Virus record (IMG/VR): IMGVR_UViG_3300030101_003495 | Location: 1 to 63,694 of that record | DNA length: 63,694 bases | Source of the DNA: a virus | Lineage: Duplodnaviria; Caudoviricetes | Direction: 5' to 3' (one strand) | In this document: positions 19,501-29,200 of the stretch, one piece after another | Numbering within the stretch: position 1 is the stretch's first letter | How the letters are laid out: each line of letters begins with the position of its first letter | The notes under the pieces: generated by a model | The model's database searches: none | What the model saw: the letters and a program-made list of their open reading frames with translations, nothing else | Told to the model about the DNA's origin: nothing | Program-made: the position numbers and the translations under genes

Positions 19501-22004
19501 CTGATCAATTTACATTAATAAAAGATGAAAGTGTACAACCATATAGATATTGGATAGTTGTTAGAAGTGGTGTTAATTTTTATTATGGTCCTAATTCTTC
19601 AACTCAAGATTCATTTACGTTTAGTTTTAATGTAACTAATTTAGACGTTGCTGTAGAAGACAGAATAAAAACAGTTGTTACACAAACTGGTAAATTAAAG
19701 AATATTAAACCTACTTTTACTAATTGTCCTACATCTGATTTAACACCTAGTGCTACAGATATTAATTTAATTACTTTTACTGCTGTAAGTGGCGCTTTAG
19801 TAAACACACAAAGCGGTTTGTCTTTTCATATTACTAATCAAACACCCGCTGCTAATATAGACGAAGGTATACCACTTATAGAAATAGACTCAACAACAGG
19901 TATTTTAAGCAATAATAGCGGTTTATTTCCTTCAGGTATAAGCGTTACGGTACAAGTAAGAGACGGCGGTTATAACGTGGCTAATACAGAAACATTCGGT
20001 GGCCAAGCTTTTGATAACTGCGTTGTAAATATAAATGCTGGTGCTGGTTTTACTGCTGAATTGCTTAATGAAAACTTTGGTAATTACAAAAACTTATTAA
20101 TTAACGCTGGTGCTGAATCATCTACATTTATATGGTCTACTAGCGCAGATATAGTAAATGCTTATAACGCACCTCCACTATTACAAACTGCATCTGCTAC
20201 AATACCTGTAAATCCTAGTGTTACTTTTACCGACAATACTGCTTCTACTTTGGCTGCTCAAGGTTTAACTAGAGTAGAAACAACAGCTTCAAATTGCACT
20301 GACTGGTATTGGTGGAACACAGTTAGAGCAAATACTTTAACATATGGTAATGCTATAGGGCTTTCTAATTTTGGAGGTCAAACATCTAGCACAAGTTTTC
20401 AACCAGAAACTGGTGGAGGTACAACTAGTAATAGTGGTTTAGATAGCTTAACACAAGGTACTGCATATATAATGGTTGATTATTTTTTAAGAGATTATGG
20501 TGGTACAAGCACAGATCAGCCTTCTGTTATATGGCCTACCTATTTACAATATAGAGCTCCTGGTGAAACTGATTTTGTTCAAGCAATTGATATAGAAGGA
20601 AGACCAATACAATTTGGTGGTACTCAAGACAATGATAATACCATACAAACACAAGATACTCAATATGCTTCTACAGGTATTATATTTGACAAAGATGAAG
20701 CTCAAAAAGGTACAAGTTCTTCAAGTACAAACACGGAGCAAGCTTGGGTAAAAGATTCTTTTCAGTCTAGATATGATGGATCTGGCTCTGGTTTCTTTAA
20801 TTCTAGAGGTAGAAAAATATTTGCTGTAGGAAAAAACCAAGCATATAGATTAGGTGGTGGTGCTGAAAATCCAGACGCACAAGATAAGTTTGGAGAATAT
20901 AGGTTAATAGTAAGATACCCATATGGTGATAACACAGGTACTGTTATACCTACACTTTCAACAACTAACTGCCCAAGTGGAATATATAGTAGTAATTTAG
21001 ACGCAAGAAATAACCAACAAGTTTATTTAAATTACGGTGATTTTTACAAACCTACGTTGTTACTTAACAAATACCAAACAAATGGAATTATTGAGGGCGG
21101 TGGTTTAACAGATAATGTTGTGTCTTATAGATACTATATAAGTGAAGGTTTTGAAACTAAAGAACAAGCAGAGGCTCAGGTAAGTTTTAATCAAGTGGTT
21201 TTTGCAAAAGAGTGGTCAATGAGGTATGTTTCACATTTTTATACAGACGCTAATTTAACTAATGTGTATTTACCTCATACTGGGTCTACACTTTGGCATT
21301 CATATATAAGTTATTCTCAACCACCACAAACAGCTGCTCAAAGTGTATCTCAAATATTTGCTAATAGATATTGGGGTAATGAAAACTCTAGTCCAAACGC
21401 TCCTGGCATATTACCAGGTGTAAATTTACCAGATCCTCAAAATGCTATAGTTGGTAAATCAAACAAAACAATAGATGAAAGAAAATGGGTTGCACAGTTT
21501 GATGCTGGTGGTAAAAAAGTACCTTATTATGCTAGCATAGCTGGTGGTGAAGAACCAGCATATCCTTGTGAATTAAAAGGTGCTACACCTGCTGCTTTAC
21601 CTACGGGTGGTGTACAGTATGGTAAAGCTTTAGTTTCTGATTGGGGTAATCCTCCTGAAACTGATGAAAGTGCTACTGCTAACAATATTGCTGTATGGTT
21701 TAATGGCTCAGACGCTATTACAAATGCGCAATTATTTATGACCGCATTGTTACCTGGTGGTGGAAATAATGCCTATAATCAACCTGCACAATTTATAAAA
21801 TCATCTATAACTAATGTAGAGGTTTTTGATGGCGCATATCCACACGCTAGTTTATTTACTTTTACATGTACGCCTAATGTTTCAAAAGCAAGACTTCAAA
21901 ATTTTGAAAACGTAGCATATAGAGTTATATTTTCTAGTATAGAAATAAACACAGGTACACAAAACCAAAATTCAATAAGTAATTTTTACTGGAAAGGTTT
22001 ATAG
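16551..22004 (+). CDS. Tail stabilization (muzzle-like) protein, N-terminal part with a large extension
   Basis: MNKDLD.RL.P.GEYR...N, LFWTDN.NQPRKI, RFSYRFKY, K.NR.YQ.GVV..D.YGR motifs. Confidence 0.78.
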   Translation: MAEVKNSFIKSKMNKDLDARLLPNGEYREGNNIQVSKSEGADVGALENVLGNLELVDFKVQSGCNCNLTAIGMFTDNLSDYVYVFLTDYDEKQNADYIPQALNYSPTANNYVYRYDVANPNATAEMLLSGAYLNFSINNPIYAVNLLENILFWTDNRNQPRKIDILKAAGGTAQATNGFYTTEDQISVATYAPYQPIELYYKRTSEYNTNGGQGTTESVSAGTTPTWTVSLDAATLVGISPTDLVGATVSWAGQAVGTFVIASYGGNVLTITGTPDPSLTAGVVLTFNANTLVGNNQYVTSMLDVSSQTNPDGSANANYDANYNGDPDFLEDKFVRFSYRFKYIDNTYSIMAPFTQAAFIPRQDGYFLGTSNPFLDNNSKDEQNAYRSTVVDFMENKVNNILLQIPTPTLDSNGIPSSNGIVGTDLYNKLNIQEIEILYKESDGVAVKVVDSIPRSTVGESTGYEQLSIVNGVSTDIISYNYQGTKPFKTLPEAEIVRVFDKVPVKALGQEIIGNRVVYSNFQNKHTPPPSLDYNVGISNKNTNFAVNDSSNPTLLKPLEKTVSREYPMHTVKQNRNYQVGVVLSDKYGRSSTVLLSTATTQATDTINLVDVKLVGDTVYFPYNVVDLGVNNDINSWPGDSIKVLFRNPINSTADSGSFTPGIYNGDSTSSDYNPLGWYSYKIVVKQQEQEYYNVYLPGILNPYPKDISVTEDPTNTINTIVLLNDNINKVPRDLTEVGPEQQQFRSAVELYGRVTPQAAALPLYNQQYNPSTASNVIPTISTVASIGKQNDLFDNTTNVVFSEIYQSISNPEIARLSQDEALPIGSLPVGTQGAAYNLLLGVYETKPFESLLDIYYETSSSGTVAQLNEAIDSSSVGAAGFTTSTDGGSAPDTWTFNLYENITSSQSPNQTFNGSYTTLTNLTPGVTDVPDKPFWPYTQDAGGSKTIINQSLVDGAITFSEYASFTGTQQGFSVTRADGVDVSDQFTLIKDESVQPYRYWIVVRSGVNFYYGPNSSTQDSFTFSFNVTNLDVAVEDRIKTVVTQTGKLKNIKPTFTNCPTSDLTPSATDINLITFTAVSGALVNTQSGLSFHITNQTPAANIDEGIPLIEIDSTTGILSNNSGLFPSGISVTVQVRDGGYNVANTETFGGQAFDNCVVNINAGAGFTAELLNENFGNYKNLLINAGAESSTFIWSTSADIVNAYNAPPLLQTASATIPVNPSVTFTDNTASTLAAQGLTRVETTASNCTDWYWWNTVRANTLTYGNAIGLSNFGGQTSSTSFQPETGGGTTSNSGLDSLTQGTAYIMVDYFLRDYGGTSTDQPSVIWPTYLQYRAPGETDFVQAIDIEGRPIQFGGTQDNDNTIQTQDTQYASTGIIFDKDEAQKGTSSSSTNTEQAWVKDSFQSRYDGSGSGFFNSRGRKIFAVGKNQAYRLGGGAENPDAQDKFGEYRLIVRYPYGDNTGTVIPTLSTTNCPSGIYSSNLDARNNQQVYLNYGDFYKPTLLLNKYQTNGIIEGGGLTDNVVSYRYYISEGFETKEQAEAQVSFNQVVFAKEWSMRYVSHFYTDANLTNVYLPHTGSTLWHSYISYSQPPQTAAQSVSQIFANRYWGNENSSPNAPGILPGVNLPDPQNAIVGKSNKTIDERKWVAQFDAGGKKVPYYASIAGGEEPAYPCELKGATPAALPTGGVQYGKALVSDWGNPPETDESATANNIAVWFNGSDAITNAQLFMTALLPGGGNNAYNQPAQFIKSSITNVEVFDGAYPHASLFTFTCTPNVSKARLQNFENVAYRVIFSSIEINTGTQNQNSISNFYWKGL

Positions 22005-22032
22005 GTAATAAGATAAATAAATGAGTAATAAT
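22005..22032 (+). promoter_or_regulatory. Class-2 promoter candidate (GTAAT-N15-GTAATAAT)
   Basis: Same 20-nt offset as the other copies; intergenic. Confidence 0.45.
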
Positions 22033-22037
22033 AAATT

Positions 22038-23504
22038 ATGGCAGCAACTATAGAAGTTAAATATTTTAACAGTTTTATACTGAGAAAAACACTAAACTCT
22101 TCTGGCGCTCCTGTTTGGAACGGTTCTAGAGGAGATGGTACATATGCTCAAACCGCTGTTGTTGATGCTAAAAACTGGGCCGTAGAAGAATCACGTATTA
22201 AAGGTGGTTTTAACAACACGAGTACTAGCTATGGTGTGAAAGCTTATTTAGTTGATGATAGTCCACAAGGGTCTATTAGATTTAATTCTATGATATACTC
22301 TGGTATATTTAACTCTAGAACAGGTATAAATGATACTAATGTATTTTCTGTAGGTACAGATATAACTAGAAGTGTTGATCCTTCTAACGGTTCTATACAA
22401 AAATTATATACAGAAGATAACTATGTGAATATTTTTCAAGAGAAAAAAGTAAGTAGAGCTCCTATAGATAAAGATATTATATATTCAGCTGAAGGTAGTC
22501 CTACTATTACAGCAAGCACAGCTGTTATAGGCGATATACAGGCTTATGTGGGTAATTTTGGTATTAGTAGAAACCCTGAAAGTTTTGCTGTATATGGTAG
22601 AAGAAAATACTTTACAGATAAAGACAGAAATGCTGTAATGAGGCTATCACAAGATGGTCTTACAGAAATATCCAACTATGGTATGATTGATTTCTTTAGA
22701 GATCAGTTTGGTGCTATGGGCGAGGGTAAACTTACTGGTGGTTGGGATATATATAACAAACAATATGTATTATCAATACAACCTCAGGACACTAGCATTG
22801 ATTATAAAACATTATCTTTTGATGAATCAGTACAAGGATGGACAAGTTTATATTCTTATAAACCTGGTTTAATGCTTAGTTTAAAAAATAAGTTTTACAC
22901 GATGGGGCCGTCTGACACTACAGACACTGATACAGCTGGTTTATATCAACATTATATTACATCACAACCAAGATGTAATTTTTATGGTGTACAAGATAAA
23001 GCTAGTATAAAATTTGTATTTAATCCTAATGTAAGCTTGTCAAAAGTATTTAAAACAATCAACTACGAGGGTAGTAATGGTTGGCAAGTAGATAGTTTTG
23101 TGTCTGATCAAACAGGTATAGGGTTTCCTAATATTGATTTTAGTAATTATGAAACAGTAAACACTCAAGACTCAACAGTTGCTATATACAGTTATAATGA
23201 AGGTTCATTTGATAATTATGGTAACTTATTTATAAATCCTTTAAATAGTCCTATAACAGAAAGTAATACACCATTAATACCGCCTGTAAATCATGCAGGT
23301 TTTACTAGAAAAGAAAATAAATATATGGCTAATCTTGTTAATAATAGTCCTGCAGCTCCAGGTGAAGTAGTATTTGGTGCTGATATGACTGGTATTAAAG
23401 GTTACTTTGCTACTGTCACTATATCTACTGATACTTTAACAGATCCAGGAGGCATGAAAGAATTATTTGCAGCATCGTCAGACTATGTAGAATCAGCTTA
23501 TTAG
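22038..23504 (+). CDS. Tail stabilization (muzzle-like) protein, C-terminal part
   Basis: GSIQKL, FGIS.NPESFA.YG...YFTD..R..V.RLS.DG, KVFKTI.YEG motifs. Confidence 0.75.
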   Translation: MAATIEVKYFNSFILRKTLNSSGAPVWNGSRGDGTYAQTAVVDAKNWAVEESRIKGGFNNTSTSYGVKAYLVDDSPQGSIRFNSMIYSGIFNSRTGINDTNVFSVGTDITRSVDPSNGSIQKLYTEDNYVNIFQEKKVSRAPIDKDIIYSAEGSPTITASTAVIGDIQAYVGNFGISRNPESFAVYGRRKYFTDKDRNAVMRLSQDGLTEISNYGMIDFFRDQFGAMGEGKLTGGWDIYNKQYVLSIQPQDTSIDYKTLSFDESVQGWTSLYSYKPGLMLSLKNKFYTMGPSDTTDTDTAGLYQHYITSQPRCNFYGVQDKASIKFVFNPNVSLSKVFKTINYEGSNGWQVDSFVSDQTGIGFPNIDFSNYETVNTQDSTVAIYSYNEGSFDNYGNLFINPLNSPITESNTPLIPPVNHAGFTRKENKYMANLVNNSPAAPGEVVFGADMTGIKGYFATVTISTDTLTDPGGMKELFAASSDYVESAY

Positions 23505-23512
23505 AATAAATT

Positions 23513-24520
23513 ATGGAAGAAATTTTAAATATATTAATAGAACGTTTGTTTAACACTTCATATGGTACTAACTATATGTTTTTACCTGTTGTATTTGGAG
23601 CTATAAAGACTTTTGCGGCAACTGGTTTAGGAAAATCAGTTCTTGGGGCCGCGGCCACTGGTGTATCATCACTTTTTGGTAATAGAGGCGCTAAAAAAGC
23701 TCAAGAAGCTCAAGAAAGAGCAGCAGAACAAGCTAGAAAAGATAAACTTAGATTACAAAATGATTTAAAATTATTAGAAGGAAAAAGACAAGCTATTATA
23801 AATCCTTACGAAAATGTAACTGATCTTTCTGGTATGATAGAAAATACTGATCAATATCTTTCTAATCCTTTTGCTAATTTAGGTGTAGCCACTCAAGCCG
23901 CTGAGTTTCAAGCAGAAGAAGCAGATGTTGCTTTAGCTAATACTTTAGATATTCTACAAGCAACCGGCGCATCAGCTGGCGGCGCTACTGCTTTAGCGCA
24001 AGCCGCATTACAAAGTAAAAGAAGTGTAAGCGCTAACATAGAGCAACAAGAAGTAAGAAATCAAGAAATGGCCGCAAGAGGAGAAGCAAACTTACAACAG
24101 CAAAAACAAGCTGAAGCTATAAGGGTACAAGCTGCAAAATATGGCGAAGCCGCTAGAATGCAAGATATAGATGTTGCTGGTAGAGAATTTGTATTTGGTC
24201 AACAAGAAAGAAGAGAAGGTGAACAATTAAATAGACTGCAATCACAAATTACAAATCAAGCACAAGCAGCACAAGCTTATGGTACTAATGCTGCCAATAT
24301 AGGCATGGCAAGGTCTAGTGCTGTAGGAAATATAGTTGGTCAAGGTTTAACTACTTTAGGTGATATATATAGTAATTATCAAAGCCAAAAGAAACTTGGA
24401 GCCTATAAAGACTTAAATGTAGGAGAATCATCACCGGATACTACAGGTCAGTATGTGCCAAATGAGACTCGTTTGTTGTCAATACAAGAATTATTAAAAA
24501 GAAACCCATCAAAACCATAA
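23513..24520 (+). CDS. Internal virion/ejection protein
   Basis: G/A-rich N-terminus and Q/A coiled coil with GASAGGATALAQAA. Confidence 0.65.
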   Translation: MEEILNILIERLFNTSYGTNYMFLPVVFGAIKTFAATGLGKSVLGAAATGVSSLFGNRGAKKAQEAQERAAEQARKDKLRLQNDLKLLEGKRQAIINPYENVTDLSGMIENTDQYLSNPFANLGVATQAAEFQAEEADVALANTLDILQATGASAGGATALAQAALQSKRSVSANIEQQEVRNQEMAARGEANLQQQKQAEAIRVQAAKYGEAARMQDIDVAGREFVFGQQERREGEQLNRLQSQITNQAQAAQAYGTNAANIGMARSSAVGNIVGQGLTTLGDIYSNYQSQKKLGAYKDLNVGESSPDTTGQYVPNETRLLSIQELLKRNPSKP

Positions 24521-24522
24521 TT

Positions 24523-26262
24523 ATGGCTAAACAAAATTTTTCAGGAGGAACACAATATTACAGGTCTGGCGCATATGCAAATCCAGGTTCAGAAGTAAAC
24601 CTTAAAAATATTGAAAGACAAGGAGATGTTGCAATGGGTATTGTACAAAATAACTTTCTTAGAACAAATGCTTTACTTAAAAGAGAATCAGCTAAACAAA
24701 CCGCCGCGGCTCAAGAGGCTCAAAACTTATTAGATTGGGGATTAAATAATCAAGCTGAAATGATGAATGATTTTCAGCAAGAAGCATTAAAATATGGAGT
24801 AAACAACGAAAGCCTTAATAAATTAATAGAAGGAAAAATATCAACATTTTCAAAAGCAACTATAGGGTATAAAACAGCTACAGATTCAAAAGAAAGAGCA
24901 TTTTATAAAAAACAAATGGATGCTGCAAGTAAAACTTTAAATAGTATTGTTCCAATGTTTCAAGCAATGGAAAGCCAAGCTGCTTCTTTAAGTAATATGG
25001 AAGATAAAGGTAATGCAAATCAAGGCGGCTCGTTGTGGTTGGCTAATAAAACTGGTAATGAAATTTTATTAGGTCAAACTATTAATGCTGGAAGAGGTGG
25101 TCCAAGCGCTTATCAAAGATTTACAGCGTCTGAAGACGGAACTCTTTTAATGAGCGCAGGTGCTAACGTACCTGCTCAATATAAAACTACGCAAAATAGA
25201 AAAGGTACTTTTGGGTTTTATAATAAAAAAACTGGTAAGTTTGAAAAAAATCCAGACCAAGGACAATCTACAACAACCATTGATCCTAATTATAAACCTC
25301 AAAGAATTACAGATGTAGATGCTATTCAGTTTTTCTCAAGACCTATACCTACTGCACCTAATTGGAAAAAATCAATAACTGATAAATTAGATCCATTACT
25401 TTATGATGATAAAGGTAACTTAAAAAGACAGTTTTATAAAACTAGTGGAGAAACTGATGCTGGAGGTAATGCTATACTTGAAGAAGTACAAAAAACTAAA
25501 TATCTTCCTAATGGTGAAAGAGTTATAACCTATGTTAATGTGCCAGATATGGAAAAAATAGGTGCGCTTATATCTAACGAAGTAGAGCAAGTAGGTTCTG
25601 GTTATTTTAAAAATCTAGAAGAAACAAAAATAATATACAACATGCTAGGCAATGAAGGTGATGTAAAAGCCGGCGCCAATAATAGTTCTTTATTATATGG
25701 TAATATAGAACAAAATGCTGCTGATGAAATACTTACTGGTTTTGCTCAGTTTGCTTTAAATACTGGTAACTTTAATGATATAAAAGTAAGAGAAGATAGA
25801 GTTAAATTTGACAAGCCAGATAAAGGTGGTAGTGGTAGCACACCTCAATTAACTATTATAGATTTTCTTAATTTACCTAATGATCCTTCAAAAATAGCTG
25901 AATCATTTAATAGACTTTTTGGTGTAGGAACTAAAAGAGCTACATATGATCAAGGTAAGTTAATTATAAGTGATAGTGCAACAGATAAAGATGGAAATAA
26001 AATTACTGATGATGCTGTGTTTGAGATAGGTGATCTTGATAAAAAAGTTTTAGGTGATTGGGATAAAAAATCCTCCACAATACAAAAAGAATTAGATAGA
26101 ATAAAAAGAAATTTATTTCAACAATATTTAGGTGATAATAAAGGTGACAATGCTCTTTTAAAGAAAATAGATTCTTATTTAGATTTAGATCAAAATAGAA
26201 GAGAAAAATATAGAGATAACTTATTTTCTAAAAATAAAAAACCTTTACCAATTAAAAGATAA
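24523..26262 (+). CDS. Putative internal virion/ejection protein
   Basis: Position between ejection-type genes; helical composition. Confidence 0.55.
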   Translation: MAKQNFSGGTQYYRSGAYANPGSEVNLKNIERQGDVAMGIVQNNFLRTNALLKRESAKQTAAAQEAQNLLDWGLNNQAEMMNDFQQEALKYGVNNESLNKLIEGKISTFSKATIGYKTATDSKERAFYKKQMDAASKTLNSIVPMFQAMESQAASLSNMEDKGNANQGGSLWLANKTGNEILLGQTINAGRGGPSAYQRFTASEDGTLLMSAGANVPAQYKTTQNRKGTFGFYNKKTGKFEKNPDQGQSTTTIDPNYKPQRITDVDAIQFFSRPIPTAPNWKKSITDKLDPLLYDDKGNLKRQFYKTSGETDAGGNAILEEVQKTKYLPNGERVITYVNVPDMEKIGALISNEVEQVGSGYFKNLEETKIIYNMLGNEGDVKAGANNSSLLYGNIEQNAADEILTGFAQFALNTGNFNDIKVREDRVKFDKPDKGGSGSTPQLTIIDFLNLPNDPSKIAESFNRLFGVGTKRATYDQGKLIISDSATDKDGNKITDDAVFEIGDLDKKVLGDWDKKSSTIQKELDRIKRNLFQQYLGDNKGDNALLKKIDSYLDLDQNRREKYRDNLFSKNKKPLPIKR

Positions 26263-26272
26263 TTAATAAAAT

Positions 26273-29200
26273 ATGTACGAACTAGACGGTACTGAATATT
26301 CTATTGAAGAAATAGAAGAAGCTGCAGCTCAATCAAATCTTTCAGTTGAAGAGTATTTATCTGAATTTAATATAACTCAACCTGAAAAAGAAGTAAAGAC
26401 GCCAACCACAACTTCGGGTGCGGATGTGGTAGAAGAAATAGCACCCGATTTGGAATTAACATCGGTAGATACTTCATTGGAATTACCACCTGTTGAACCA
26501 ATTACATCTGTTAAAACAGGTACTGTAGCAGATACAACAATTGAAAAAGAAAGAGATTTAATTAGAGAACAAGATATTGTTAATGAATATAATAATATAG
26601 AAAAAGAAATTATATTTAATAATCCTGATTATACTCCTGAAGAAATTAAAGCTAATGTTGATAAAAAACAACGACTATTATTAGAAGAATTAGATACTTT
26701 TGATAAAGACATGCTATTAAATAGTGCTATTAATGTTAAAAATGATGTTAATAAAAGAATGCAACTTGATATAAGTCAAGCTAAAAATAATATTAATGAA
26801 ATACAAAATATAAAAAACAATTTAAAAGCAGCTATTGACAACGGTACGCCTTACTCTAAAGAACAAGAAAAAGAAATAATAGATAATCATAATGCTTTAG
26901 TTGAACAAACAAAGTTATTAGAGCAAAATATTATAAGAGATGCTGGTGTTATTGAAGATAAAAATAAATTTATAGATACTTTTAAAAGAAGTTATAGTGA
27001 AATAGATAGATTAACAAACTCTGTTCTTTCTGCAGGTACAGATATAGCTTTAGGCGCATTGCTTACTTTAGATATGGCTAAGGATGAAGAAGGAAAAGAA
27101 AAATCAATAAGCAAAGATTTATTATCTTATAGAGAAGAATTAGCTAGAATATCTGAAGAAGATTTAGGAAAAGCTATTGCTGTTGAAAACATTAGTGATC
27201 CTCAAGACGCTTTAAGATGGGCTGCTGATGGTTTAATTAATTTTGTTCCTTCCGGAGTTATGGCTTTTAGTGGTCCAGCAGCAATGCCTTTATTTTTTGC
27301 TAGCGGTTATGGTGGTCGTTTATCTGAGTTTGAGCTTGCTGATAAAAAAGCTGAAGAAGTTATACCTAAACTTGAAGCTCAATTAAAAGAAACTCAAGAC
27401 CCTTTATTAAAACAAAAAATATTAGAAGAAATAGAGTTTCACAATAAAGCTCTTAGCACCACTGATATGAAGAAATTTTTAACTAGTACTTTATATGGTG
27501 GTTATGAGGTTGGTACTGAGTGGCTTACTACTTTACAGTTAGTTAAAGGATTAAAAGGATTAAATGGTAGTAAAGCTTTAGAAACGTTTTATAAAGAAGC
27601 AGGTCAAGCTAGTTTTGGTAAAGCATTAGTTAATACAATTAAAGATCCTAAAGTATTAAAAACACTAGGACTAGGTACTTTAAGTGGGCCTATTGAAGGT
27701 GGTGGTGAGGGTTTAAATCAATTGTTAGGTAATATTACAGATATAACTTTAAACGATGCTAATGTTTCGGTGTTAGATGGAGTTGGAGAAGCAACCGCAC
27801 AAGGCGTATTAATAGGTAATGGGTTTGCTCTGGCTAGAGGTGCTCAAATAGCAAGAGCAGGTATGATGGATGTTATTGCTGATAAACAAACTAAAATAGA
27901 GTTAAATAAACTTTACGATGAAATACAAGGTCTTACATCTGATTTAAAACAAACAACAGACTCTAAGGTAAGAAAGCAACTTTATGATGTTATAAGAAAA
28001 AAAATTAAAGAATCTAACACAGTCCAAGATTACAGCGCTTCGGCGTTTATAAAATTAGATCCAAAAAAACAAAAAGAAGTTTTTGAATTAGATAGAAAAG
28101 CTACAAATATTAACAACAGATGGATAGAAATAGCTAAATCAAACGCTAGTGAAGCTACAAAAACTCAATTAAAAAAAGATTTATTAGAACAATTTAATAG
28201 TTTGCAAGGACAAAAAAGAACTATATTAAATAATTCTAATAGTTTAAAATTAAAAAATTTAGAACTTCCTGAAGGTTTAGTACAAGGAGATGTTGTAAGA
28301 AACCTTAAAAGAACTCAAAACAATTTATTATCTGTTGAACAAAATAATAAAAAAACAAAGTATTTAAACAAACAAATAACTTTTGCAAATAATGATTTAG
28401 AAAATATAAATAATTTTATTAATTCTAACGAAACAACTTTAACTCTTGAAAGTGGTAGTGTTATAAACAAAGAAGATGCATCAGAAATTATAAATATTAT
28501 AGCAGAAAACGCAGATGGTGGTTTTAATAAAAATAATAAAAATAGTTATATACATTTAGAAATGGCTGTTAGTGGAAATCCTGCAGCTCCAATACATGAG
28601 TATTTTCATGCTATGGGTAAAGATAATGCTTTTACTAAAGATCAATATGATAATATTAAAGATGATTTTTTAGACTTATTAAAAACTAAATTAAAAAATA
28701 AAGAAATAACTAAAGATCAGCACGATACTATTAAAAAAAGATTTAAACTATATGATGGTAGCCCTGCACAATCTGAAGAACTTTTAGCAATAACAGGTGA
28801 TGCTATAAATCTTGATATACTTTCTGAAGATGATATAACTTTTTTACAAAAATCAGCTTATAATATAAAGAAATTTGTAGCAGGTTTGATAGGTAAAGAA
28901 GAATCTGAGAATTTTGGTATTGATACAGCTGAAGATGCTTTTAGTTTACTGCAAAGTTTTCAAAGAAGTATAGTAAAAAATCAAGATATTAATATAAGAG
29001 CTAATGTTTTAGAGCCTACAGAACAACAAACAGATGATACAACTGTTTTATCTAGATCTACTTTATTTGAAGAAATAAATAAACTTGTTCCAGATAATAT
29101 TAAAACTAAAACAGAGTTTGATAATTTTGTACGTTCACCTGATGGAGCTAAGTTATTTAATGCCATATATAATGAAGGCGGAGCTATAAATAATTATATT

